Notes: generated from the sequence alone by a model not told the origin. Shown: positions 9,950 through 20,697, counted from the first letter of the stretch. The stretch is 64,000 nucleotides of DNA from Patescibacteria group bacterium (GCA_018829965.1 JAHJTG010000008.1:9314-73313), one strand, 5' to 3'. Translations and numbers: made by a program.

Positions 9950-10306
9950 ATGAAATCTAGAATATTACTTATTGTTGTTGTACTAATAATTACCACATTA
10001 TTGATATATCATTTACTATATGCCGTCAGAATTGAAGGAGAGTTAATCGCTAAAGGAGAACCGATTGGTATTAGGTTTCGCGTATTTACGAATCCTAATA
10101 AAGGTGTTTGTTTTGAGGTTGACCGCTGGTATGAAAAAAGAAGTATACAGTTTTATGACTTTGGTTTTAATGGAACACTAGATTTAGTAATTTACTGGAT
10201 CAGCGGAAAAGAATATATCCTATATCCGAATTCCATTGATTCTGATTGGAATAATTGGGAAGAAAAGTATCTAAAAATCAGAAAACAAGCTACCGAAGGG
10301 AATTAA
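9950..10306 (+). CDS. Hypothetical membrane-anchored protein
   Basis: N-terminal TM helix. One of only two genes here with an AGGAG-like sequence upstream. Confidence 0.5.
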   Translation: MKSRILLIVVVLIITTLLIYHLLYAVRIEGELIAKGEPIGIRFRVFTNPNKGVCFEVDRWYEKRSIQFYDFGFNGTLDLVIYWISGKEYILYPNSIDSDWNNWEEKYLKIRKQATEGN

Positions 10307-10409
10307 TCTCTCCCTTTAACTCCTCATTTTCCCACCAAAAATCATATCTATGTCTTCACAGGACAAAAGGAGCATCACGATCCAAACGGATTTGGTTGCT
10401 CCTCTTTTT

Positions 10410-12044
10410 TTATTTCAATAAATCAATTATCTCTTTCGGCAATCTACCTTCTAAAAGAACTGCGTCTCCTGCTTGTGTAAACTCTTTAATTTTAGCTACA
10501 ATTTCTTGCGGTCTTTCAATAAGATGTGCTCGCGGAGACTTCATTTCCACATAATACTCTTTTGTAGTAATGATTGCCAAGTCGCAAACTTCAGATATTT
10601 TCTTACCTATTTTCTGATGAACTTCTTTTGCTTTATCCCCTAGTTCAATCAAACAAGGCATTACAATAATTTTCCTTGCCCTTCCGAAGCCCGTAGGCGA
10701 AGGAGGGTTGCCAGAATAGAGTTTTAAATATTCTAAATCAGCGACTACTCCATCAGGATTTGAAGAATAGGTTGAATTAATAACAAACACTCCGTCTTTA
10801 TTCTTCGCAACTTTGAACGATGAGTTCTTTTCAGTAATTCTTTCTGAAGCTTTCTCAATTTCTTTTAAACTCATCCCTAATTCTTTTGAAACTAATATAG
10901 CGCCTAATAAGTTTAAAACATTATGCCTGCCTAGAACATCTACCTTAAAATCAATATCATCAATCGAAAAAGAAGCGAAATTCTTCCTAATATCAATATT
11001 TTTTACTTGTCCATCCGAAGTTTTAACGAAGGAGGATAGTTTTTCGTCTAACCTATAAGCAATCTTTTTAACATCTGCTTTCCTATACAACTCCATGCAA
11101 TACTCATTCTCGCCATTAACAACAAGCAATCCGTCTATTGGCAAAGATTGCAGTAATTCCCAACCGCCTTCGGCAGACAATAAATTATCAATTGAGCCGA
11201 AAAGCGACAAATGCTGAGCGTTAACACCTGTCACAATACCAATCTCTGGTTTAACGAAATCACAAATTCTTTTAATAGTTCCCTTATCGTAAGCCCCCAT
11301 TTCTACAATAAATATTTCATGCTCTGGCTTCAACTCATTCAAAATACATAATGGTATGCCTAGTTCAGTGTTTTGGTGTTCCTTGGTGCTTAAAACTTTA
11401 AACTTTGAAGATAAAATAGCTGTTAAATACTCTTTAGTTGAAGTCTTACCATAACTTCCTGTAATAGCGATTATAGTCAGGTTTTTAAAATTCTTTAGCT
11501 TTTCTTTTGCTTTTTTTTGAAGAGATAAGCGATAGTGATCGGCTATTGGTTGAAATATTAGAACAACAATAGATACGACAACGGGTAATAGAATATCTAA
11601 AGCTAGCACAATAAGAGTGAACCAAAATATATCTTTAGTTATCGTCCAAACTAAAAGAGGAAACGTAATAAAAACTAAAAGACTAATTAAAATTAAAAAC
11701 CCTGTTTTCTTAGTTAACTTTGGATGTTTTGTTTTTCCTGAGAAAATCTTTCTGAAATATAACAGGGACTCTAGAAAATATATTAAAAATAATAAAGGGG
11801 GAAGAATTAATAGATAATTACCTTGAAAAAATAAAGCGCATATAGACGCAATAATAAACAAAAATGTTTTAAAAATCTGAAGTGGTTGACGGATTAATGT
11901 TTTACCGTTTTCTGTTTTAAAGTGAGCCAAAAAACGGCCAATATGATATTGCTTCAATTGCCATAAATAAACCCAGAAAAGAATATATTTTATAGACCTT
12001 ACGAACCAAAAAGATAATAAAAATGGAACAAACGAAAAAAACAT
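10410..12044 (-). CDS. Mur ligase family protein (MurF-like) fused to an N-terminal polytopic membrane domain
   Basis: ~190-aa N-terminus with ~5-6 TM helices, then ITGSYGKTSTKE P-loop, central and C-terminal Mur ligase domains (..DAVLLEG..). Confidence 0.75.
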   Translation of the reverse strand: MFFSFVPFLLSFWFVRSIKYILFWVYLWQLKQYHIGRFLAHFKTENGKTLIRQPLQIFKTFLFIIASICALFFQGNYLLILPPLLFLIYFLESLLYFRKIFSGKTKHPKLTKKTGFLILISLLVFITFPLLVWTITKDIFWFTLIVLALDILLPVVVSIVVLIFQPIADHYRLSLQKKAKEKLKNFKNLTIIAITGSYGKTSTKEYLTAILSSKFKVLSTKEHQNTELGIPLCILNELKPEHEIFIVEMGAYDKGTIKRICDFVKPEIGIVTGVNAQHLSLFGSIDNLLSAEGGWELLQSLPIDGLLVVNGENEYCMELYRKADVKKIAYRLDEKLSSFVKTSDGQVKNIDIRKNFASFSIDDIDFKVDVLGRHNVLNLLGAILVSKELGMSLKEIEKASERITEKNSSFKVAKNKDGVFVINSTYSSNPDGVVADLEYLKLYSGNPPSPTGFGRARKIIVMPCLIELGDKAKEVHQKIGKKISEVCDLAIITTKEYYVEMKSPRAHLIERPQEIVAKIKEFTQAGDAVLLEGRLPKEIIDLLK

Positions 12045-12048
12045 ACTT

Positions 12049-12801
12049 TTAAATCTCTTTTAAAACTTCTTGTGATAAAAACTCAGGCGTTCTCCAATTT
12101 AAATCATGTCCCGCCCCGGGGATAATCACAAGTTTTGAATTTTCTATTTTTTTATTTATAAAATAAGCATCTTCTAATAAAGTCGTGCTATCTTTATCTC
12201 CCCAAACAATAACTGTTGGAACTTTTATAAATGATAAATGCTGTGACAAATCTTCAGAAATCACCCTCAAAAAGGCTTCTTTCATCACTCCATTTGTTTG
12301 CAAATAATCGCTTTTCCCAACGACAAATTTGTAAAACGCCCTTCTAATAATATCGTATGACGGAAAAAAAGAGAAAATTTTAAAAATCTTTGAAATTCTC
12401 GCTAAAAATCGTTTTTTTATAGTTTTTCTTCTAATACAGGCGGCAGCAACCAAAAATAGCTTTTTGATTTTTTGAGGATGTTTTATCGCAAACTTTGAAG
12501 CTAAGGCTCCTCCGAAAGAATGCCCTAACAAATAAAAATCTTTTGTAAGTTCTGGTATGTTTATAACAAACTGTTCTATAAAATCACAATAATTATTTAA
12601 ATTCCAAGCAGTTGACGGTAACTCTGACCCTCCAAAACCGGGCAAATCAGGAATTATTACCTTAATATTGCCTGCCGCAATAAGCTTCGTAATCTTATCC
12701 CATCTCTCGGCACAAGAACCCCAGCCATGTAAAATTAAAAGAGGTTCACCCTCTCCCATGACTATATAATTTATTTTAAGACCGTTTATAATTATCTCCA
12801 C
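12049..12801 (-). CDS. Alpha/beta hydrolase
   Basis: HGWG oxyanion region, nucleophile elbow GHSFGG, C-terminal GAGHD. Confidence 0.8.
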   Translation of the reverse strand: MEIIINGLKINYIVMGEGEPLLILHGWGSCAERWDKITKLIAAGNIKVIIPDLPGFGGSELPSTAWNLNNYCDFIEQFVINIPELTKDFYLLGHSFGGALASKFAIKHPQKIKKLFLVAAACIRRKTIKKRFLARISKIFKIFSFFPSYDIIRRAFYKFVVGKSDYLQTNGVMKEAFLRVISEDLSQHLSFIKVPTVIVWGDKDSTTLLEDAYFINKKIENSKLVIIPGAGHDLNWRTPEFLSQEVLKEI

Positions 12802-12806
12802 TGCTT

Positions 12807-14057
12807 TTAAATCCTATTTTTAATTACTTTAAATCCGCAATGTTTTTGCAAAACCTTTGGCACTTTTACACTGCCATCTTTTTGTTGGAATTGTTCTAAA
12901 ATTGCAGGTATTAAACGACTGGTGGCAAGCCCTGAGGCATTTAAGGTATGCACAAACTCATTTTTATTAGCCTTTCTATTTCTAAATTTAATATTCCCTC
13001 GTCTAGCTTGATAATCTAAGGCATTGGAAGAACTGCTGACTTCTTTATAAATAGCCATGCTTGGAATCCATACCTCAATATCAATAGTTTTTGCCATGGC
13101 TGCCGAAGCATCTTGCGCAGCCAGCAATACAGACTGAAAATGCAAACCAAGCCCTTTGACTAATTTTTCTGCGTTGCCTGTCAATTCTTCAAACGCCTCC
13201 CACGATTTATCGGGTTTAGTAAATTGGAACATTTCAATTTTATTAAATTGATGTCCCCTTATCATACCTCTCTCTTCTTTTCTGTAACTTCCTGCTTCAC
13301 GCCTGAAGCAAGTAGAATAAGCAAAATATTTTAATGGCAAATCGTTTTCGTCTAAAACCTCATCTCTATGATAATTACCAATCATCATCTCGCTGGTTGC
13401 GTTCAAACAAAACTTATCTTGAGTCCAATACAGGTCGTCTCTAAATTTCGGGAGATGCCCCGATGTATAGGCGGATTTTTCAGTTAAAAGAAATGGCGGT
13501 ATCAAAAACGTATATTTATTCTTTCTATGGAAATCTATAAAATAATTTAAAAGCGCCCATTCTAAAATCGCGCCTTCGCCTTTATATATCCAAAAACCAT
13601 TTCCTGACATTTTGGCACCTCTCTCATAATCAATAAGATTTAAATCCTCAGCCAATTGAACGTGATCTTTCGGAGTGAACTTAAATTCTGGCTTTTTCCC
13701 AAAGGTTTTAATTACTTTATTATTTTCTTTCCCCCCAGCCACAACATCATCAGCCACAATATTCGGTAAAGAAGATAATTTATCTTTCAATTCTTCTTCA
13801 ACATTTCCAATCTGGTCGTCTAAACTTTTTATCCTATCCCCCACTTCTTTCATTTCCTTAATTATCTCTGGCGTTGGTTTCTGTTTTGATTGTTTGTTTT
13901 TTTCCGCTTTCAATACTTCTACCTCGGTTAAAAGACTTTTCCTTTTATCATCTATAGAGATAATTTCATCTAAATTAAAATCACCCTCATTTAATCTTTT
14001 AAGAAGAGACTTTTTAATTTCTTCTTTATTCTCCCGGATTTTATTAATATCTAACAT
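12807..14057 (-). CDS. serS: Seryl-tRNA synthetase
   Basis: N-terminal coiled-coil arm; class II motifs (FRREAGS..., GHQF.K.E, SGLATSR). Confidence 0.95.
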   Translation of the reverse strand: MLDINKIRENKEEIKKSLLKRLNEGDFNLDEIISIDDKRKSLLTEVEVLKAEKNKQSKQKPTPEIIKEMKEVGDRIKSLDDQIGNVEEELKDKLSSLPNIVADDVVAGGKENNKVIKTFGKKPEFKFTPKDHVQLAEDLNLIDYERGAKMSGNGFWIYKGEGAILEWALLNYFIDFHRKNKYTFLIPPFLLTEKSAYTSGHLPKFRDDLYWTQDKFCLNATSEMMIGNYHRDEVLDENDLPLKYFAYSTCFRREAGSYRKEERGMIRGHQFNKIEMFQFTKPDKSWEAFEELTGNAEKLVKGLGLHFQSVLLAAQDASAAMAKTIDIEVWIPSMAIYKEVSSSSNALDYQARRGNIKFRNRKANKNEFVHTLNASGLATSRLIPAILEQFQQKDGSVKVPKVLQKHCGFKVIKNRI

Positions 14058-14060
14058 AAA

Positions 14061-14462
14061 TTATTTATTTAATTTAGACGAATGATATATTTTTGGTTTA
14101 TATGCTTTTAATCTAACAATTTTAACTTTTAAATTTAATTTCCTAAGCCTTCCTTCTAAATCATCAGTAAATGAATTTTGGTCATAACCTAAACCAATAA
14201 TATTAGGATTTATTTTACTAATAATTTCATAGGGGTCAGATAAGCCGCCCAAAACAGCCTCCCCCACTATTCCCTGATTTCTGACATTTGATAATCTCTC
14301 TTGTTCGTTTTTTAAAGGATAACGGCCTTTTAATTTTTTAATATTCTCGTCTCTACCAACGACCACTATTAAATAATCTCCGTATTTTTTGGCTTGCTTA
14401 AATAAATTTAAATGACCTTCGTGAATTCCATCAAAAGTCCCGAAAACTATTACTTTTTTCAT
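14061..14462 (-). CDS. Cytidylyltransferase-fold nucleotidyltransferase (FAD synthetase/RibL-like)
   Basis: GTFDGIHEGH (HxGH) N-terminal motif; ~130 aa. Confidence 0.65.
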   Translation of the reverse strand: MKKVIVFGTFDGIHEGHLNLFKQAKKYGDYLIVVVGRDENIKKLKGRYPLKNEQERLSNVRNQGIVGEAVLGGLSDPYEIISKINPNIIGLGYDQNSFTDDLEGRLRKLNLKVKIVRLKAYKPKIYHSSKLNK

Positions 14463-14470
14463 TTAATATT

Positions 14471-14935
14471 TTATTTTTCTTGATAAAGTTTTTCGTAGTC
14501 TTTTTCCTCTCCATCTCCATTATAATCAGTACATTTACTGGGGTTAAATCTACCTTCTTTATTTTCTAATAGAACCGCTAAAACAGACGGGGAAATATCG
14601 GCTTTCAGAAGCTTATCACACGGCCATTCATCTTCAGTTGCCGCTACTTCTTTCCATTTACCTTCTTCTTTTTTTAAAATTACCCACGCTCCACCGGGAC
14701 CATTTTCCTCGCCTATTGTTGTTAGCGCAAAATTTTCAACAATATTATATACATCGATAGACATCCCTTTTTCGTAAAGAGGGAGTATATCTTTATTAAT
14801 TTCTTGATATTCTGATTTTGACTGTTCTATATTTCCATTGCCAGAATTACTTTTTTGGAAATAATAAACTAGAATGCCAACAATTAATATGACCGTTATT
14901 AATAAAAATATAATTATGATTCTTTTTTTGTCCAT
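14471..14935 (-). CDS. Hypothetical membrane-anchored protein
   Basis: N-terminal TM helix; no recognisable domain. Confidence 0.5.
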   Translation of the reverse strand: MDKKRIIIIFLLITVILIVGILVYYFQKSNSGNGNIEQSKSEYQEINKDILPLYEKGMSIDVYNIVENFALTTIGEENGPGGAWVILKKEEGKWKEVAATEDEWPCDKLLKADISPSVLAVLLENKEGRFNPSKCTDYNGDGEEKDYEKLYQEK

Positions 14936-14945
14936 TTCTAAAATA

Positions 14946-16403
14946 TTATTTCTTTCTCATCGTCGGGAATAATATTATCTCGCGTACTGCATGAGAATTT
15001 GTTAAAAGTAGAACTAATCTATCTATCCCCATCCCCCAACCAGCCGCAGGTGGCATTCCGTATCCCAATGCTTCTATAAAATCTTCGTCCATTCTTTGAG
15101 CTTCATCAAACCCAGCTTTAAATATTTTTTCTTGCTCTAAAAATCTTTGCTTCTGTAAAATTGGATCATTTAATTCTGAAAATGCTTTTACAATTTCCAT
15201 ACCAGCCACAATCAACTGGAAACTTCCTGATTTTTTAGGATTATCATCGAGGGGTTTTGCTAACGGAAAGGCTTCTACGGGATAATGAATCACAAAAACA
15301 GGACCTTGAAGTTTTTGGCGACAAATCTTTTTAAAAATTTCGTCAGCAATTTCAGCTTTTCCGCCGATCGCCTTTATACCAAGTTTTTTTGCCTCCTTTT
15401 TTAAAGCAACAAGATTTATTTCTTCATAATTAATTCCTGAATATTTCTTTAAAACATCGGTATATTCAATGCGGGGATACGGTGGTCTAAAATTTATACT
15501 GCTGTTCTCATATTCTAAATCAAGCTTCCCGAAAATATTTTTTATTACAGTTTCAAGTAATTCCTCTGTTAATTTCATTAATTGCTTATAGTCAGAATAA
15601 GCCCAATAAAATTCCATTATTGTAAAATCAGGGTTATGCGATTTATCCATTCCTTCGTTTCTAAAACATTTTCCGATTTCGTAGACTTTTTCAAAACCGC
15701 CAGCCAAAAGACGCTTTAAATATAATTCTGGAGAAATTCTTAGGTACAAATCCAAATCTAAGGCGTTAAGGTGGGTCTTAAATGGTTTAGCTGTCGCTCC
15801 ACCATAAATTGGTTGCAAGATAGGGGTTTCCACTTCTAAAAAATCTTTACTATCCAAAAACGCCCTTATCTCTTTAATGATTTTGGTTCTTGCCTCAAAT
15901 TTATTTTTTATTTCGGGATTAAAAATTAAATCCAAATAACGCTTACGAAAACGATCTTCAACATCTTGCAAGCCATGCCATTTTTCTGGAAGTGGCAAAA
16001 TCGATTTTGCCAACATCTTAAAGTCTTGCGCCTCAATAGTTCTCTCTCCCCTTTTTGTAGTGAATAAAACCCCTCTCACGCTAATAATATCTCCAATATC
16101 AAAGTTATCCAGGAAGAAATTATATCCTTTTTCGCCTAATTTATCTTCTCTAAAATGAGCTTGAATTTTCCCCGTACCGTCTTCAATATCAAGAAACAAC
16201 ATCTTGCCATGCTCTCTTAAAGATTTAATCCTACCGACTAAAATAACTTCTTCTTGCTTGTTTGAAATATTAGAAAAATCCTCAATTGCTTTTGAAATAG
16301 TATGAGTTCTTTTAACTTCTGTCGGATACGCAGAAAAACCAGCTTTTTTAATAGCTTCTAATTTCTTAATCCTATTTTTTTGTATTTCTTTTAAAGTTTT
16401 CAT
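14946..16403 (-). CDS. lysS: Lysyl-tRNA synthetase, class II
   Basis: OB-fold anticodon-binding N-domain; class II motifs (FRNEG, ...GMGIDRL). Confidence 0.95.
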   Translation of the reverse strand: MKTLKEIQKNRIKKLEAIKKAGFSAYPTEVKRTHTISKAIEDFSNISNKQEEVILVGRIKSLREHGKMLFLDIEDGTGKIQAHFREDKLGEKGYNFFLDNFDIGDIISVRGVLFTTKRGERTIEAQDFKMLAKSILPLPEKWHGLQDVEDRFRKRYLDLIFNPEIKNKFEARTKIIKEIRAFLDSKDFLEVETPILQPIYGGATAKPFKTHLNALDLDLYLRISPELYLKRLLAGGFEKVYEIGKCFRNEGMDKSHNPDFTIMEFYWAYSDYKQLMKLTEELLETVIKNIFGKLDLEYENSSINFRPPYPRIEYTDVLKKYSGINYEEINLVALKKEAKKLGIKAIGGKAEIADEIFKKICRQKLQGPVFVIHYPVEAFPLAKPLDDNPKKSGSFQLIVAGMEIVKAFSELNDPILQKQRFLEQEKIFKAGFDEAQRMDEDFIEALGYGMPPAAGWGMGIDRLVLLLTNSHAVREIILFPTMRKK

Positions 16404-16410
16404 CTTGTAA

Positions 16411-16830
16411 TTAATTACAAGTATATACGCTTCCGCTCCCTATTTGGGTACAGTACGAAGAAGAAATTTCTATCTCCACATCCTTGCTATCAATACACCA
16501 ACTGTTACTTGATCTATTTAGCGCTGCGCAAGCAACCCAATCGCCCGACCTACTGCTACAATTATACACTCCGCTTTTCGCAATTGGCAAAACCGCTGTT
16601 TTAATTCTTTGAAAATCATCACTAAGACATACATCAGTATAAGAACTATTAATATTATGATATATCTCACCCGCCAGCTTTAAAGAGCTTACATTAATCT
16701 TTATTGTATTATCTTTTGCCTTATCCTTGATGACTTTACCGGCGCTAACTAAAACGATGCTACTTAAAACAACGATGATAGTGAGAACTATCAATAATTC
16801 AATTAGACTAAAGCCTTTTGTTTTCTGCAT
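16411..16830 (-). CDS. Type IV pilin-like protein
   Basis: Prepilin cleavage/methylation motif KG|FSLIELLIVLTII. Confidence 0.8.
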   Translation of the reverse strand: MQKTKGFSLIELLIVLTIIVVLSSIVLVSAGKVIKDKAKDNTIKINVSSLKLAGEIYHNINSSYTDVCLSDDFQRIKTAVLPIAKSGVYNCSSRSGDWVACAALNRSSNSWCIDSKDVEIEISSSYCTQIGSGSVYTCN

Positions 16831-16899
16831 TTTCTATTCTGTTTATAGAATGTAATTCATTTATTCTATATTATTTTTACAACTCGGTCAAAAAAATAT

Positions 16900-18822
16900 T
16901 TATCTCCTAAAATACCAATCCAAAACATCTCTCGCCACCATTAAAGCTGGCACATGCAATCCCTCTACATCTTCAACCATAACGACTAAAACAATTTGAG
17001 GGTCATCATATGGAGCAAAAACACTAGCCCAAATTTCATAATAATTATCTCTGCCTGTTTGGGCAGTACCAGTTTTAGACGCTGATGTCACCGACAAAGA
17101 TTGTAAAACCCGTCCTGTTCCATCAATTGCGCCTTGTCGCATACCCTCCCGAACAACTTTAAGATTTTCCGGGTCAATAAAATTTTCTCTTATAATTTTT
17201 GGCTCTATTTCTTGAACTACTTTCATCGAACCTGTCGAAGTATCAACAATTTTTTTGACAATTTCTGGTTGATAAAGAATCCCTCCATTAGCAATAGAAG
17301 CAAAGGCAGTGGCTACCTGCAACGGAGTTGCAATAAGATCTCCTTGGCCGATTGATAAATGATAAGTATCTCCATCCCACCAATTTTCTTTCTTTGTTTG
17401 TTTTTTCCAATCTGGCGAAGGAACAAATCCTTGCGCTTCTCCCTGCAAATCAATCTGATTTTTATTCCCCCAGCCAAAAAGTTCAAGATATTTCTTTATT
17501 CTAGTAGGCCCCAATCCTTCCTGATCTTTATACCCACCACCAATAGTATAAAAATAAATATTACTGGATTGAGATATTGCCTTTCTCATATCATAATAGC
17601 CCGGTTGTTCCAAACCGCTATAACGATAAACAATATTGGGGTCATACTGATTTTTAACCTCTATATAGCCGGGATCATAAATTTCTTTATCCGGAGAAAT
17701 TATTTTTTCCTGAAGAGCGGCGGAAGCAATAAATGGTTTAATTGTAGACCCTACGGGATATTGGCCAGAAATTACTCTATTAAAAAACGGCTTTGCTGAA
17801 TCATTTTGGAGTTTTTGCAAATCGCTGACTGTTATTCCGCTGCTTAGGATATTATTGTCAAAAGAAGGCAAAGAAACCAACGCTAATATTCCGCCTGTTT
17901 TCGGGTCAATGGCCACTGCCGCTGCCTTTCTAAGGTTAGTCATTTTAAGCCTGCTCTCCAATACTTCTGTAAGTTTTTTCTGCAATTCCGCGTCTATATA
18001 CAAAACCAAACTCTTGCCAGATTCTGGTAAGGAAACAATTTTTTCTCCTTTTTTATTTCCCGAAACATTTTTTTCTATTTCAATTTTACCGGGGTTACCT
18101 CTTAATACTTCCTCATAAAATTTCTCAACACCAGTTTTACCTATATAGTCGCTAACCGAATAACCTTGATAAGAGGTCAGTTCTTCTTTGTTAACTTTGC
18201 CCATAAACCCAATGGAATGACTAAAAAAAGAACCGTCTGCATATTCTCTCAATGTATTTTTATCTATTTCGAATCCAGGAAAATCTTTAATTTTTGCTTC
18301 CAATATTAATAATGTTTGGTGAGGTATATTTTCAGCAACTAAAACTTGTGATTCTTTTTCTTTCTCAATTTCTTTTTTCAAAACTTCAGGGTCCTTGCCA
18401 ATAATTTTAGCCATTTCCTCAATTTCTTTTGTAATGTCTTTTGATAAAACAGCTAAATCTCTTTTATCGCACACTAAATCAAAGGCAGAATTATTAAAAA
18501 CTAATTGTTTTAAATTACTATCATAAATTACTCCCCTCTCGCCCCTAACATATTGGATTCGAACTCTATTACCCTCGCTTAAACCTGCTAATTCTTTGCC
18601 GTGGACAACCTGTAAATAAAAAGTTTTCCCAAAAAAGGAAAGTATAATAAGGATAAAAACTCCAAAAATTATATAAGTTAATTTTTCCCGGATAGGAATT
18701 TCGAGCCTTTTTTGGGTGATACCTAAATCTATTTCTTTTTCTTTTGCAAGGTTATCCAAAAAAACTTCGTGCTGTTCAATGTTCCATTCAGAATTTTTAA
18801 CTCTATATTTATTAAAATTCAT
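16900..18822 (-). CDS. mrdA: Penicillin-binding protein 2 (transpeptidase)
   Basis: N-terminal TM helix, dimerisation domain, STIKP (SxxK), SSN, KTGTA. Lies next to mreD and mreC. Confidence 0.9.
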   Translation of the reverse strand: MNFNKYRVKNSEWNIEQHEVFLDNLAKEKEIDLGITQKRLEIPIREKLTYIIFGVFILIILSFFGKTFYLQVVHGKELAGLSEGNRVRIQYVRGERGVIYDSNLKQLVFNNSAFDLVCDKRDLAVLSKDITKEIEEMAKIIGKDPEVLKKEIEKEKESQVLVAENIPHQTLLILEAKIKDFPGFEIDKNTLREYADGSFFSHSIGFMGKVNKEELTSYQGYSVSDYIGKTGVEKFYEEVLRGNPGKIEIEKNVSGNKKGEKIVSLPESGKSLVLYIDAELQKKLTEVLESRLKMTNLRKAAAVAIDPKTGGILALVSLPSFDNNILSSGITVSDLQKLQNDSAKPFFNRVISGQYPVGSTIKPFIASAALQEKIISPDKEIYDPGYIEVKNQYDPNIVYRYSGLEQPGYYDMRKAISQSSNIYFYTIGGGYKDQEGLGPTRIKKYLELFGWGNKNQIDLQGEAQGFVPSPDWKKQTKKENWWDGDTYHLSIGQGDLIATPLQVATAFASIANGGILYQPEIVKKIVDTSTGSMKVVQEIEPKIIRENFIDPENLKVVREGMRQGAIDGTGRVLQSLSVTSASKTGTAQTGRDNYYEIWASVFAPYDDPQIVLVVMVEDVEGLHVPALMVARDVLDWYFRR

Positions 18823-19322
18823 TTTTTAACAATAAGAATTCTTTTAAATATATAAAAGAATACTAATCCGATTATCAAGTTATATATAATTCTTACTAAA
18901 AATGCACAAACGCCGAAATAAATTGGAAAAGAATGATTTAAAAATATAGAAGACAAACCAAAGAAAAGTTCATAAAAAAGCATGGTGAAAATTAAAACAA
19001 TAATAAAATATAGAAATAAATATTTGGAAGGAATATCTTTTAAATGGCAAAGAATTTCTTTTATTAAAAAATAAATGATAATTAGGGATAAAGTTGATAT
19101 TCCAATAAATGACCCCGAAAAAATATCTAAAAAAAATCCGCCAATAACAGCTGAGACAAGACCATAATAAGTTTGTGTTTTTTCAAAAAATATAAAAAGG
19201 CAAACTAAAATTAAAACTAAGTTCGGAATAACCCCAAATATGCTGAAATGAACCAAAAAACTATTCTGGATTAAAGAAATAAAATAAAAAAAGACGATTA
19301 ATATTAAAGGCTTGTAGAACAT
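18819..19322 (-). CDS. mreD: Rod shape-determining protein MreD
   Basis: ~165-aa polytopic membrane protein between mreC and PBP2. Confidence 0.7.
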   Translation of the reverse strand: MFYKPLILIVFFYFISLIQNSFLVHFSIFGVIPNLVLILVCLFIFFEKTQTYYGLVSAVIGGFFLDIFSGSFIGISTLSLIIIYFLIKEILCHLKDIPSKYLFLYFIIVLIFTMLFYELFFGLSSIFLNHSFPIYFGVCAFLVRIIYNLIIGLVFFYIFKRILIVKK

Positions 19323-19325
19323 TAG

Positions 19326-20129
19326 CTAATTTTTGAAATTAGTTATAACAAATAGGATATCAGTGTTTTTAATATCAAAAAATGGCTCTACAATTGCTGT
19401 TTGAAAAGTTTTTGTATCTTCTTTAATAATCTTTAAAGCCTTACCGACTAAAAGGTTTTTCGGAAAACTTCCCGCCAAAGAAGAGGTTATTAACACATCG
19501 CCCTCTTTTAAATCAGCATCGCGAATAATAAGGTCTAAACGAAGATTTAAATTTCCATTACCTTTAATAATCCCCAAAGTTTCATTTTGAGTTTTAACAT
19601 CAAATACGAATATTTTATCGCTGATTAAAGTGATCCTTGAGAAGTTTTTATAAACATCAGAAATATTGCCAAACAAAACCTTTTGCTGATTAATTACAGG
19701 CATATCTTTTGAAATTCCGTCTTCAGAACCCTTATTAATTAAGATAGAATCTTTTGAAGCATCTTTGCTGATAACTTCAGCTGTAATAAATTTAAAATCT
19801 TTTTGCAAATCAGTATCTAAAGCTTCTCTTAGCGTTTGATTCTCTAACTTTAACTCTTCCAATAAAAAAAGCTCTGACAATAATTGCTGATTTTTAATAT
19901 TTAATTCAGCACTCTCTGTTTTTAACTTGCCGATCATTAAAAATGGCGTAAAAAAATTAGATGATTTTTGACCTATTTGCCAAAAGATTTTTTGAAAAGG
20001 GCTTGAAATTGAATAAAAAACATTTTTTATTCCTTGGCTGAAAAAATTTAAAATAAGAAAGAATAAAAGAGCGATAAAAACCGCTATTAGAATTTTAGGA
20101 TATTTTTTCTTCTTGTAACTTATCATCAT
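19326..20129 (-). CDS. mreC: Rod shape-determining protein MreC
   Basis: N-terminal TM helix, coiled coil, beta-rich C-terminus; synteny with mreD and mrdA. Confidence 0.8.
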   Translation of the reverse strand: MMISYKKKKYPKILIAVFIALLFFLILNFFSQGIKNVFYSISSPFQKIFWQIGQKSSNFFTPFLMIGKLKTESAELNIKNQQLLSELFLLEELKLENQTLREALDTDLQKDFKFITAEVISKDASKDSILINKGSEDGISKDMPVINQQKVLFGNISDVYKNFSRITLISDKIFVFDVKTQNETLGIIKGNGNLNLRLDLIIRDADLKEGDVLITSSLAGSFPKNLLVGKALKIIKEDTKTFQTAIVEPFFDIKNTDILFVITNFKN

Positions 20130-20194
20130 AAACTAAGTTTTCGTTTAATTATTTTACCCTGTTAGAGGTTTTATGTAAACAAAAAGAGCGCTAT

Positions 20195-20305
20195 TGTGGC
20201 AACTACCTACTTTCGCGACAAAATCACTATCATCGGCCTTAGAGTATTTCACTTCCGAGTTCGGAATGGGATCGGGTGGGACAACTCTAGTATAGTCGCC
20301 ACAGC
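20195..20305 (-). rRNA. rrf: 5S rRNA
   Basis: Reverse complement reads gcuguggcgacuauacuagaguugucccacccgaucccauuccgaacucggaagugaaauacucuaaggccgaugauagu..., the canonical 5S core. Confidence 0.9.
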
Positions 20306-20697
20306 AACGCTCTTTTTTAAACCCAGTTAAATAATTTTGCTTTTTCAAAATTAATGCAAAGCATTATTTAACGAGGTAAAGAATCAAAATAAAATAATGA
20401 ATAGCTAAAATCTGTATCTATCCTTATTCTTCCGCCTAAACTTTCTTGCGAAAATCTTGGCGGAGAAGCAAAGAATTTAACAATGATTTATTAGTACTTC
20501 TCGGCTGAATGGGTTGCCCCACTTACACCTGAAGCCTATCAACCTTGTCATCTTCAAGGAATCTAGGAGTTCTAATCTTGAGGTGGGTTTCGCGCTTAGA
20601 TGCTTTCAGCGCTTATCCCTTCCTAACTTAGCTACCCAGCAATGCTCCTGGCGGAACAACTGGTACACCAGAGGTTAGTCCAACCCGGTCCTCTCGT

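Noticed and set aside
20154-20348. 64-aa ORF on the minus strand
   Set aside because: It lies entirely within the 5S rRNA gene and its flanks, so it is an artefact of an open frame in structural RNA.
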